64,000 nt of DNA from Trichosphaerium sp. ATCC 40318 (Eukaryota > Protista > Tubulinea), in contig JALMLS010000368.1 in the NCBI GenBank assembly GCA_038496445.1, forward strand, positions 1 to 64,000. Direction: 5' to 3'. A program made the position numbers and the translations under genes. Positions 38,942 to 52,316 of this stretch are shown here, piece by piece. Under the pieces are notes generated by a model that did not search any database, had not been told where the DNA came from, and was given only the letters and a program-made list of their open reading frames with translations. The first letter of the stretch is position 1. Each line of letters starts with the position of its first letter.

Positions 38942-40340
38942 ATGCTTGGAGCAGAAACGGAGTACGTTTTTACCGTGGAACGAAATGGTTCAATTTTAAC
39001 GTATTAACGAACTCTTTTATCTAATTGTTGTAATAAGGCCATCAGAATTGCTGTATCTGCCTACAGAAATTATATTTTGTATTCTGGCGTTTTTGGGCAA
39101 GAAATGCCGTGTGTCTACAACGTTTGTATGTAAACTGTTTTCTACAATCATTTTAGAGCATTTGGGGTATAAAACGGTTACAGTAAAGTCAAAAAAGAAT
39201 CTACGCAAACTATGTGGAAGCCCTCTTTTAAAAAATACAAAAGTATTTATTTCCGAAATTTCTATGACCGATGATGACTTCAAAAACATCTCTGGTGTTA
39301 ATCACCTTGAAATAAATAGTAACCTGTCAGTAACAGATACTATGTTGGAGCATATATCAGGTGTACATCACCTGAAACTAAATGTAAAATCGGTTAAAGT
39401 TGAATGCAATTTTACATGTCTTGGATTTAAATCACTTCGTGGTGTTCATACACTACTATCAGAATTCAAGTTAAAAGATGAATGGCTTCAAGAACTTGGT
39501 GGTGTCCATACAATTGATGTTTCACATACAGGTATAACAGATAAAGGACTTGCAGCCCTCTCTGGAGTTCATACTATTAATTTGGATTATTGTTACAATT
39601 TTACTGATGAAGGTGTTGCCAGTTTAGGTAATGTACACAAGATACAGTTTGCCCTTAGTACTATTACAGATAAAAGTGTAAAATCACTAACAAATGCAAG
39701 TGAAATAGCCTTTCGCAGTTGTTTCAACATTACAGATGAAGGAGTAAAGTATCTATTAACACAAAATCAAAAAACAAACAAGATTAAAAAAATTGGCATT
39801 GAAAATTGCATAGGCTTATCAAATAATGTGTATAAACTTCTTGCTGGTATACCTTGGTTAGAGTTGTATGATTCTACACAACTAAAAGATGATACCTTAT
39901 CATGTTTGGTAGGAGTACAACATATTGACTTGCGTGGATGTAAATCTATAACAAATGATGGGATAAAACAATTGGCAGGTGTAAAAGCAATTAATCTTGC
40001 AAATTTTGGTTGTGTTGATGACAGTACCTTGAAGGTACTTGCTGGAGTACATTCAATATTTCTTGGAGGCACATCTGTGACAGATAAGGGTTTAGGCTAC
40101 TTAGTTGGTGTTAAAGTAATAGACCTTGCGGAATGTGAGCTCATTACTGACAAAGGAGTGAACAGTCTTATTGGTGTTAAGAAACTTGATCTAGAAGGCT
40201 GCAAGCAAATAACAGATGATGGAGTTGGTAATTTAACAAGCCTTGATGTAATTAACATTGCTGATACTCAAATAACACAACAAATGGTTGATTATCTAGG
40301 ATGCACGTGCAGTGAAGATTACATGTGGCCAAAATTTTAA
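38942..40340 (+). CDS. F-box/LRR protein F3 (one 5' intron, 38962-39038)
   Basis: ATG at 38942 spliced GTACGT..TAAG gives MLGAETEPSELLYLPTEIIFCIL; GSPLLKNT; about 13 LRRs. Confidence 0.85.
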
Positions 40341-41779
40341 CGCTATTGTCAGCTATCTTGAACCCAAGCGCCGAGTCAACAACAGTGCTTAGCTGTATAT
40401 CACAAGTAAAACCAATAAAACTACTTAGCTCAAGCCACCTTATTGTTGTTATAGCCTACACATAATAACCCTAGCCCTTTGTATGACTTGTCTGCACAAT
40501 AAAACGTATTTTTCTGGTTAATTTTGTTATGCCTCACAGAACAATTGATCTTTATTGTGCACCATTTAGCTGCTGGAGGCAGCAAAGCATTAGTCTTATG
40601 AGACAGAATGCAACGCTTGGAGGTAGAGTTTTCATGTGTTCGGCTATTTTTAGAGTAGTTTTTTGTGTTTTGATGTAATTTTTGCCTTCGCTGGGTGTTC
40701 TCTTCTACCTGGTCTAAAACGTCAAGGTTTGACGCTATGTAACTTGCATAAAAGATACCTCATTTTGTTAATTTATTGTAGCTTTGAAGTACTCAAGTCT
40801 TAGCCTTTTTTACATGCTGTAGCTTCTAAATAAGCGTTGTATCTTTGTAGCCTTCTAAAACAACATAAGCTAACACGGGAGTTTATGTGGAAGAAAAATT
40901 CCCATACAGCATTCTTTACATCCAAGGAAGTTTCCTCTTTATTCATTATATATTTGTAGCTCGTTATGATCTTAATTAACAACTGAATTGTAACCGCATA
41001 TCTTAAGTCGTGATGGCATCAAGACAAGCGAGCCCCGGAATTATACGAACTGGTAAAACTCAACATCTGTCACAATAGGAATACACGTGTTTCCACAATA
41101 ACTCAATATCTTCATTTATTCTCATAATTTTCTAACTTTTTGAAGAGTCAATAATCTGTTTACATTAAATAATAGCAGTGTTGGCCATTCTCCTATGCAC
41201 ACTTCTGGAAAATGATTAGTTGGAAACGGTTTATGTTATGAGAAACTCTTTCCTAAACATAGAGCAGTATTGTTTGTATCATTCAAGTTTGCAACAGGTT
41301 TGGCAGAAGTATCAAAGTGTAAGATCTTGCAATTATTTTATTTGGTACATTAGCTTATGTAGTTCTGTTAATGTCTCTGATGACCTCTAGGTCCAACAAT
41401 TGTCTCCTATACTCTAAAACGTATTATTACGCTATGTTAATACCGTACATGCAGCGCATAGTACTTTGGAAGTGCATGGAATTTTCTTTAAGGAATGTTC
41501 CTACGTTAAATTCTCCTTTTTACACATGAATTTGCCAGCATTCGCGTGTGGTGCTAGTAAGTTAACATGTAAATAATTATTAATGTGTACTTGTTTTTAT
41601 GGCTCTTGGGTGAGTAGTACTGAGAGCGCACCGAAATACTGCGCATATTGTTAGATGATGTGCTTCGACACAGTGCTTTTTCGCCTTAATGTACATAAGG
41701 ACGGCAAACAAGGTACGTTGTCATGAGTTATAGCACGCGATGTATTCACATTGCACTGGTTCTGCAAGTGTTTATCAAA

Positions 41780-42120
41780 GCTGTCAGTTTTGCAAGACCT
41801 ATCAAAACTGACAAAATCTGACAGAACTTGCAAGAACTAGCAGAAGGAAACTGACAAGATCTGACAGTTTTGTTAGGTATGGTGGTTAGAACACGTGGTG
41901 TCGCAATAAATTTGTATGCGTTGTACCTGCCCAAGTGGATTTATTTTGTTCCAGAAATGACAAAATCCGTCAGATCTTATAGTTTTGACAGATCTTGTGA
42001 GAACTAACAAGAACTAACAGAAGTTGCAAGATCTGTCAGATCTGACTAACCACGAAAACAAAAAGTCACAAACAGCAAAAAGTTGCAAAGATTAGCAAAC
42101 TTGAATGATACGGACAATAA
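41780..42120. repeat. Degenerate 10-bp-periodic repeat element, related to 5478-5660 and 17270-17420
   Basis: Units like actgacaaaa/tctgacagaa/cttgcaagaa/ctagcagaa in both orientations; the tail acttgaatg..ggacaataa is shared with about 5636-5657. Confidence 0.7.
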
Positions 42121-42498
42121 ATGTCTGTAATCCAGCTTTTGTGCTTTAAATAATCAAACACAATTGCTTTAATATTAAAATAGTGTACTCAAGGTGAAGT
42201 AGTGGTAGTTTTAATGCCTATTGTAAACAAGAGTCAGTCTCATGCTTTGTGACGAAGCGAAAAAAGAAAAAGATAGGTTCTAAAAGTTGTTGTTAGTAGA
42301 GCCATACTACACACAGCCCAAGAAAGGTATTGCCAACATATAACTACTCTCACAAAAAAAAACCCCAACTATGCACTAAAATGACACGTGTAAACTTTTT
42401 TGTGTTTTCAGTGATAAACACAGTATTGGCGTTGACCACTCATACACTGCATTATTTAACAAGTACCTTGTAGTACACATCTGCTATTAATCGTAACA

Positions 42499-43254
42499 TG
42501 CCTGCAAGAAAACCGAGAAGAACATATGCTAAACCAACGAACCCAAACAGTAAAAGCTGGAATATAGTATGTGCTCTCTTTGTTGTTTAACTAATATAAA
42601 GCTCTAATATATGTACAGTGTAGCATACGAGGATACTTCACAACCAGATGAGTTACCTATCATTCAAAAAGAAGTTAAACTTGAAGCGCTTCTTGGTGAA
42701 GAAAGTTCGTCTGGAGTGTTATTAACACTTTTAAAGAATAATCCTAAAGCTGCTGAAATGGCTGCACGTATGTTGAATGTATTCAAAGGTCCACCTTTAC
42801 AACTTGATATGGACTGGGATTTTATTTTTTCAGAGTTTGAAGGCGAAGATCTTGATGAGTTTCCAGGTGTTTGGAAAACGTTTATTAACCCTGACATACC
42901 ATCGTTTGTAGGCTGCGATATAAAGGATTACCCAAAGCACACTTTAAAAGACTATATGACGTCAGTACAAATAGAGTTTGAAGAGATTGGCGAGTGGCAC
43001 CAAAGAGAGGTAGCAGTCAGTAAAAGGAGGCGACTATTATGTTTTGAGGCAAGTGATAAAAATAGAATAGTCTATTTTGATGGTCAGTGTAATGAAAGGT
43101 TTGAAGTTGCTATTATACAACTTGGAGACTATTCATTGATAATAGGTACAGTGTTCTACAAAAGCTTGACGGCTTACATGTTTTCTTTCTAGGAAATTTC
43201 AATTCAAAGCAGTTTGTAATCTGCAACCTTGTTGTGTACTATGTATTTTATTGA
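42499..43254 (+). CDS. Hypothetical protein (boundaries approximate)
   Basis: 193-aa open core (42611-43192) with coding-like composition; likely short terminal exons. Confidence 0.55.
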
Positions 43255-46200
43255 TCAACAGAATTAACTTTCAATGACCATCTACGTAAGGTATAAGGAA
43301 CAATCATATGTCTCAACACAGGCACAAAGAATATAGTAAGAAGAGTAATAACAATCTATGATAACTGTTAGGGGTATTATTGTCACCAACATGGAGACAG
43401 TACCAACACAAGAACACCAAAGGTAATACCCAACACCAATCCAATATTTACTGATCTTGATTCGCCATCACACTTTCCTGATCTTGATGTGATGACAAAC
43501 ACACTATCATAAAAGGTAAGTACTGTTAAACTAACCCTGTTGATGACATACGATGATACAGTTTGTTCAATCCTGGCAAGTACACATTCTGTTGATACAG
43601 GTGTAAAAGTGCCATTGATACAGTTACTGTTGCTTCGAACAATTTCTCTTCTACCCTGACTAGTAATGGTGCCATCACTTGTCAAGTCAATGACTAAGGT
43701 TGTCGCTGGTGATACCACAACACATCCTAAAATGTTACATACAGATAAAAACTGGGAATAAAACCAAAGAAAGAGTACCTTCAACTTGAAGAAAGGCTCC
43801 ACGTGTAATTGTAAGTGACTTTGACTTGATGGTCAAATTTCCATCTACTGTCAATCGAACCGTTAACACAATATCACTTGAAGGGTTGTTAAAGTCAAAG
43901 GGCTATCAACAGTCAATAAAACCGGTATTTACGACAACATACATTAGGAGGCTTAACAGTAATTGTAGGTGGGTCTGTAGGTGGCATAATAGTGATTGTA
44001 AGTTGGGTATTTGATAGAGTTTGAAATCCCAAGAAATCAATGGATAATTGTGTATGTTGTTTCAACATCAATATCAAGTGGTACTATCAATTCAATCTTT
44101 AGAGGTCCTTTTATTATCGCTGATCCACCTAGGTAAAGGAGTAAGTGGATTTGTGTAGTAGCAATAAAGAACTGATTTACCACAAGTTATTCTCCCAGCA
44201 TTGGTTCCATTTATTTGTACTGTGAGTGTTCCATTTTGAGTGTAGTTTGGCATTGTTAGATTCGCTGAAGGAGCCAGAACGAGATTTCCAGTATTTTCGA
44301 AAGCAACATTTCCCTCCATTTCTACAACACCATGAGCTACTGCGGTTCCCCTGATAATAAATCTGGAAGTATTAGTATCTGTAGAAAGTACATATCCTTC
44401 CAAGAAATCAGCTGTGGCCTTGAGAAACCAAGTCAAACACGTCAAGTGTAAAAGTACAATAGTAACGTACAGTTGGAGCTATCATCACCTCTGCATTGTC
44501 AAACATGTCTACGTCTCTAAATAGCGCACTTGAAGTTATAGCTATCTAGTATTGTAATTAACTGATGGATGTAAGCGGATTGAATCAGTACTGTAGAGTT
44601 CACAATACTCATGAAATTCTCCAAAGACGTTAATGTACACCTTCCACTGAAAACGGATGTCAATACAAATGATAAAGCACGTGTTTAAAACTAACCTCAC
44701 TGATACTCTGTGGCTATTGTTGCCAATTAAAGAAACGTTGTTACACTTACCATTAAGAGTTATTGTGGTCACATTGTCTGATCCAAATCCATTTGACCCA
44801 GCGGTAATAGAAACATCCTGAAGTGTACCAGTAAATTCAGTATCATCATAGACATTTAGCGATCCTATTTAAACCAAATTCAGATGCTGCAGCTCACTGT
44901 TTTTAAGTGTACCTGGACCAGTGATGTTACCACTCACTTGCCATAAAGTCGGACTTTCTGATTCCTTGGATAGATTGATATTACATGATGGATATATTGT
45001 GACATCTCCTTTAACAAAGTTTGGTGAAGATTCTGGTATCAAAAAGATTTCTCCTAAACATGTCATTAGTAGCGCTCAAATAAACTATAGTATTACCTCC
45101 AGCGCATTGGATATTACCAATATCAAGCCTGACATACAGTAAGAAAACAGAAAATGAGGAAGGAATTGTTGAACATACGATGGGCTTCGAACATATAAAA
45201 GTGAAGTGTTTGATTTATCAATATTGTCAACACTCAACATCCCAGTGGTAATAACAGCTGAATCTATTGTTCCGATTTCATCAATTGCCACAAGATTTCT
45301 TATTCTATATGATGGAGAGGGATCCAGAGTATCAAATCTAACTCTAAATGATTTTTCAGTATATTTCTCATTCAGAACATTGTAGAAATACGTACACCTT
45401 ACCCAATTGAACAAGTTTAACATCAGCTAATGCACTGCCAATTGATACAAACCCTAAGCTCTACGAAAATAAGTACTGGTAAAAAAAGCAACGCTGACTT
45501 TACAGGCTGTATGGTCTGACACGTGTTTAAACACATTTTTTTCATGAATTTAAATACGCTACGCCTCGAGTAAATAAATGATATTATGGCTTCGGTAGAG
45601 CCTAATATTTCTAGATAGTATGGCTTCGGTAGCGCCTATTAAAAACGTACTGTTATAGACTCAGCATCAAATGAATTACCATAGAATATCACACTGCCAG
45701 TCGTGCCAGTGCCTGTAAATTTACACTGTTCAATTGATCCAGGTGTTGCACTATTTATAAAAATGCTACTAGCTCTTCCGAACATATTGATATTCGGACA
45801 CGAGTCAATAGCTAAAGGGCGTTAGTTAGAACGATGTATTTGTGAAGCTGTCTCTGCAGATAATTGAGCGTACATGCATCTAACTGGTCCAAATGTAGTG
45901 AATTTGGTCCGTTTACTAGTATGTCATTGACTTGGTCACTACAATTTTGAAATGAAACTATTTCTGGAGGTATGCCTGTAGGAACACCAGAGTTCATACA
46001 TTCGCTAAAAATCAAATGAAAGTTAGTTGGAATCTGTTGGTTAAAATGCGTAACATACGGTCCTGAACACATCCAGTTGTTTGCGAGCGTAGCATCATTG
46101 CTGATGGTGCCTAAAGAAAAGAGGTATTAATTATCGATTATCACGTGATCAAAGAAACCTCAGAACTCAGAACTACTAGAACTATTCATACCTCGCCACG

Positions 46201-46420
46201 TGTATGTTGTTTGAGTAGATATTGATCTTAAAATTCCTAAACACCATTACTAGCGCAACTCGAATATTGCCTGGTCTCATTCAAGTTTTCAGGCATACTG
46301 ACTGTTATAGCAACAAAAATGTTTAAACGAACCTAAAACAAAGAGAAGACGGCCTAGGATACCCTGCAGTACAATTATAAATCATTCACCAAGCTAACAT
46401 AAAAAACAGCGTACCATCAT
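43248..46420 (-). CDS. Receptor-like type I membrane protein, paralog R6 (different ectodomain)
   Basis: Shares GCVVVSP..RSNSNCINGTF..CVLARIEQT, TM NIGLVLGITFGVL and tail VPVLRHMIVPYTL, but the N-terminal exons are unlike R1-R5. Confidence 0.75.
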
Positions 46421-46861
46421 TGTTGTCAGTGTATGTGGAGTAAACAGATTTGGAGAGTGGCGTTGGTGATGATTTTTTAATATTAGTATGGTTCAAATAG
46501 CGTTAGTACCACGCTTTCTTGTTCAAACAAAAGGAATAGTAGCTGCTGTTATTGTTAACAGTGGACTTCAGAAATCCGCAACCCGTGATCAGTGAACACA
46601 CTTTCGGTCATAAAAGAAAAACAAAACTTGTAAATCACGTGCTTGTACAAACCAAACTAGTCGAAATAACAAGAAAACTCCTTAACTAGAGTAAACAACA
46701 CCAATAGCTACTACTACTAGAGTTTGAATAAGGAACCGTGGCACTGAGTGTCGTATTGTTTCCATAATAAAAAAACATCAACTAGAAATACTCACAAGCT
46801 ATTCATTCCAAATATGCGCCTAATGATGGCACATCTTTTTAAATCTAGCTTCTTGACCGTG

Positions 46862-46958
46862 TTTTTCTTTGATCACGTGATAATCGATAATTAATATCTC
46901 TTACCTTCAGGCACCATCAGCAATGATGCTTCACTTGCAAACAATTGGATGTGTTCAG
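46862..46958. repeat. Inverted copy of 46065-46157 (intron/exon piece of R6)
   Basis: gatcacgtgataatcgataattaat...ggcaccatcagcaatgatgct...ggatgtgttcag matches in reverse complement. Confidence 0.85.
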
Positions 46959-47030
46959 CTAAACTCTTGAGACACGAAAGTTATACGGTATACAACTAAA
47001 ATCATGGTTGGGTTTTTTTTTTTGGATAGT

Positions 47031-50000
47031 TTACTGTTCTTCTTTCTTTACAATTTTTCTTTTCTTCGATGATGAAGAATCATCTTTACTTGCTTTATCA
47101 CTTTCTTCATTTTCATCTGATGCTCTCTTACGTTTACGAGCAGGTTGACCCTCTTGTTCTTTCTTGATTAACCTAACAAAAAATCACGTGTCAAAGAAAA
47201 AAAGCAAAGAACATAAAAACTGGTTTAAACATAAGCCAAAAACTGTTTGTCGTTTTTTGTACCGTATTAATACATCTACCCTACGATTTATCTCAGCTGG
47301 TGTTCTACTCTTCAAGAACCAAGCCATTCTGAATTGCCAGCTGTTACGTACAAGAGTCTGAACTTCAGCCCAGTTACCTAGTAAGAAAGAATGAGTAAGA
47401 AAAACGCACTTTCATTCTCAACGCTTTCTAATAACAAGTCATACCATAACCGACTTTATATGTTGCCAATAGTAAGAATACATCTTCTTCTGGTGTATAA
47501 TGCTTTGGCTAGACATAAAGTAAGCGAAACAACAAAAAAAATCATAGATGGAAATTCTTTGACGTACTCTTCCAGCGTACTTGACACGTAATGTACGCCA
47601 TGGATCTGGTGTGCTTTCAATCTTTTTCTTTAATATACCAATATACTCAGTTCTTCCAGCAAGCCTTGTCTCACCCTAGCAGAGAATAAATAACTCAAAA
47701 AAAAAAGAACAAAATAAAATGTCAAAAGATTTCACGTGGGTTGTGTACCTGTTCTATCCTAGCAATGAGTTTTTCATATTCTGGTAGAGTCTTATAATTC
47801 TTCCAAAATGCAGCATTGTATGCTTTAACCTGCTTGGAAGTCTTATCGTCCCTCATATAGTCACAAATGCCACTAATATTCTTACGTCCCAACTGCTCTG
47901 TAGCACGACAAAACGTGTAATAATCACGTTTAGTCCAATCCGCAAACTTGACCTAGAAACGCTTTAAGAACAGATAACATAGACCACATAAAATTCATAG
48001 CCTCCAGTACCAAATAAGCCATAAACGTTTAGGCTTAGATAAATTTATTGATGAAAAGAAAAGTTCTAAAAAAACGTGTTCTTCAAGGTTACCTTTGCCA
48101 GCAGTTTCTCCTTTTCTTTCTGTTCTGATTCTGTTAATCCGCCAAAATCCTTTGCAGATACTGCATTCTTTGCATCTGTGGTCTTGGCAGTATGCCAAGC
48201 TTCGATCTTGAGCTAAAAACCAATCAGTCAGTGAACATCAAAAAAAAAATCACAAAGAGTTTCATCACAAATGTACGTACCTCCCAAGCGTTTAGTTCTT
48301 TTTCAATAAGCTTTACAAGTCGTTGCGGGAAAAATTGATGAGGATATCTATAATTAAAGTCAACACAAACCAGTACAATAACTAAAACAAAAAAAAAATA
48401 AAAAAAAGATCTCGTACGGCAGCTTGACTTTTGGTCTTATTGGTTGTTTTGCCTTTGGTGGAGGTTTTGGTAAATTCCTACCTTCAGCACGCTTCCATAG
48501 TTCTGTTTCATTGTATGTTTTACCAAAATTAGCCTAAACATCCAGTAAGCAAGTGCTAAAACATAAAAAGAAAAAAATTTGCAAATACTATTTTTTATCA
48601 GTACCTTGCGCCTTCTGTCTTCCTTGCTTGATTCTATTACATTATCAGGTACTACAGCCTTTATCTTTTTATTTCTCTACAACAAACCAATCAGCTGAGA
48701 AGAGAAAGAAGAGATTATTTCAAAGCTCGATTTAAAAAACTCAACACTTGTTCACTGAAAATATTTAAACGAAAATCGACATAGTGATAACCAAGACACG
48801 TGAATAAATTTCATCATGACGTACCCAATCTTCTCCGTCGAATATATACATATCAATATCCTCGTCTCCATGGAGAGTTAAATTTGACAATAAAGTGTTT
48901 GATGTCTTTGATATTTTACTATCAAGTTTTTTAGTCTTCTCTTCACCTCTGGCAAGAATATCTTCAATATCTTCATCTGTTATACCACTCTTTGATTTGA
49001 ATATCTGATCAGCGCCATACTTAACCATGGCTAAAATCTCATCCTTTGATAGACCTACAAAGAAAATAAAAATCAAAAAAAAACGTAATTAACAAAAACA
49101 AAAAGAGACCACTAGCACCACACCACCCATATTTTTTGAAGAAACAAAACCGCGTTTAATAGTGCAAGAATATTATAATATACAAAGCACTGCAACTTTG
49201 AAGCTTCCATTCAAGGATAGTTTGTTTCAAAGTCAAAAAAAAAAGTGAAATTTTTCTTGTTTAAACTGTTCTTGACAAACAACGCACGTTTATTCTGCTC
49301 TACTAGACGTCCTTGTTGTATGACCATAGCATCAAGTTGCAACTTCATACCAGCCCTCTCTACAATCTTCTCTTCAACAGTTTCCTCAGTAACAAGTCTA
49401 TAAACATTCACTTGTTTCGTCTGTCCAATACGATGAGCTCTATCCTGAGCTTGAAGATCAACTTGCGGATTCCAATCGGAATCATAAAGTATAACAGTAT
49501 CAGCAGTAGCAAGGTTAATACCAAGACCACCTGCACGAGTAGATAAAAGGAAAGCAAACAAATCTGAATCAGGTTCATTGAATGCCTCAATCTGAGATTC
49601 TCTGTCTTCCATTGACGTCGAACCATCTATCCTGCAATACTTCCATTTTGAGTAACTCATATAATCATCTATAATATCCAACATTCTTGTCATTTGTGAG
49701 AATATAAGAACTCTATGTCCTCGAGCTTTAAGTCGTTTTAGGAGCTTATCCATAACGTATAATTTTCCACAATTTTCCATCAAATGAGGGCCGTTCTCGT
49801 AAGGAGGTTCTCCTGGTTCGGCACCATGGAAGAGGTAAGGATGGTTACAAACCTGGTATAATCATTATGATGTCATATGATGGGATGAAGAGTCATACCT
49901 TTCGGAGTTGCATGAGAACATTTAAAAGTCTGACTTTACTTCCATTTGAGGAGTTGATTGATGAGATATCTTTAGCAAGGGCTTGGGTATACCAAGTCTT

Positions 50001-52316
50001 TTGCATGTCAGATAAACCTACGTACACTTTTGTCTCCTTCTTTGGCGGAATCTCTTTCAATACATCAGCTTTTATACGCCTAAGATAAAAGCGGATAAGA
50101 ACAAAATCAAAAAGTCAATCACAAAAGTTTCGTGGACTTTCAGATAAATAGTATTTGTTTTGTACCGTAGAATAAATGGTTTAAGAACGCGATGAAGTCT
50201 ACTAACAACACGTTGTACTTCTTCAGGATCATTACTGTCTTCAATATTGAACCAAGTGTCAAAATCTTAAAAAAAAAAAAAGATTAGAATTTGATATGAC
50301 GTTTTTTGTTTTGTTGTCGCACCATCTCCGGAAGCAAAATCTTCTGGTAAAAGAAAGTTAAGCAGTGCCCATAACTCATGTAGATTATTCTGTAAAGGAG
50401 TTCCAGAGAGTAATAATCGATTATTTGACTTGATCATTCTAAGCACTTTTGATAGACGAGAATTCTCATTTTTAATACGATGAGCCTCGTCAATCACAAT
50501 AAATTCCCCTTAGATTAAAAAATTAGTTATTACAACGATACATTAATAAACTATTAAAAGCACAGTATCACACCATGACTCCATACCAAAAAAAGAACTC
50601 AAAAAGGTTCAATGAACTTGACAAGTCAAAAAAAAAAAAAGAAGAAAGAACAAGGACTTACAATTAAATTTCCCGAGCTTCCCTTTCTCTATCAGTACAA
50701 TCTCATATGTAGTCAAAACAACCTCTACACTACCAGGTACAAGATCTCTCTTCATCTCATTCTACAGGTATTGAGTTAGCGCAGTTGACATAAAGATGCT
50801 AGTAGGACACCAAAAAATAAGAAAAAAAACATACACGCTCTTCTTTAGTGCCATGAAACAAAACTACGTTGAATCTAACTTCAGGAGTAACCCATCTATG
50901 GAATTCCTTCTTCCAATTACCCAAAGTTGACTTAGGTACAACTACAGAAAGGCATTAAGAAAACAATAAAAAATATCTAAAAACGTCTTGGATGTTATTA
51001 CGTACTAACAAGGTAAGGTCCACTCTTCCCTCTTATCTTTTTTAAATATGCTAAAAACGCGATAGTCTCAAGAGTCTACAAAGGAAAAAAAACTATTAAC
51101 ATCATGCCTAGATCCTTCTTGAAACTTTTGTTGAAAACATTCAAAAAATTACTTACTTTACCCAAACCCATCTCATCAGCGAGTATACTAATAAAAAAAA
51201 CACGTGTCAGATACAAATAATAATAAAATAAAATATTTCTTATCCATCTAAGGACTTTTGGTACTCCTCAACGCCAAAGGCTTGCATCAAATCAAAAAGG
51301 AAATATAAATAAAAAAAATCTTTTCTGAACAATGTCACGTCGAAAAAAACCGTCAGATCCGTTTTTTTGCTTTGGAACATTAAGGTTCGCTTCATTCTAT
51401 GCGTACCCGTTGATTCCGTTATCGTATAGGTTGATTAACCAATTTAAAGCAGAAAGCTGATAGTTTTTCATTTTAACTTTGTCTGTCTCTCGTACAAACA
51501 AGTTAGGCCTCATTGTAGGCGAAAAACGAGTTTGAAATCCGATTGCTTTGAGTTCTGCATTTATCATTTTTTTATCTTCTGCACGTTCTGCTTTCTTCGA
51601 GTTTGAGCGCCTAGGATGCGTGAGAAGTGTTTCTAACACTTTGGATAGAAGCAAGTGAAACATTAACTGTCGAGAAACACAGTACTTACCCTGCTTTTGA
51701 TGGCGAACTCGAAACATTGCCAATAGTTCCTGTTTTAACGCATTTTGCGTATAATTCAGTCTTGGCCAAAAGCTTTTCTAACGGTGTCCTGTCCTATTTG
51801 AAGTAAGCGATCAGAAAGCATAGTGATCATAGAGATGCTATAAACGGTTTCTGTGCGAATTGGTGGGTGGCAAGTATTCAAATATTATTTTGCCGGTTTT
51901 TTGTTTGTTTCGTTGTGGTTGAGCTGTTTGATTGCGCAGAATGTATAGTGATTGTTTGCTAAAAGAGCTTTTGGGTATTTACGTACCTTGTTCTTGGGAT
52001 CATTCTCAATACGCTCTTTTAGCTTTTCAAGCTGCTTTTGGCGCATTTCTCGAAGTTCTTCTTGCCGCTCTTTATCAATACGTTTGTAATCAGCCATTTT
52101 CTTTGCAGGGCTCTTTTTAACCGACTACGAAAGAGTTAATAAAGAAGTTATTCAAATCCGCCCAGTAAATAATAACGTTGCCAATATTACATTTACGGCA
52201 CTCACATGTTTTTTAGAGCGCCTAGGAGTACTTTCAATAGACATATCATCCTCTTCTATTGAAACCTCCTCTTTTTCTTCTCGTTTACTCTCTTTCTTTC
52301 CCTTTTTGCGTGGCAT
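47031..52316 (-). CDS. ISWI: ISWI-family SNF2 chromatin remodeller
   Basis: [65 protein letters not shown], plus HAND-SANT-SLIDE-like C-terminus ([23 protein letters not shown]); all introns examined are GT-AG. Confidence 0.95.

Noticed and set aside
38985-39050. Non-ATG start or stop readthrough for F3
   Set aside because: Explained by an upstream ATG at 38942 and a phase-2 intron.
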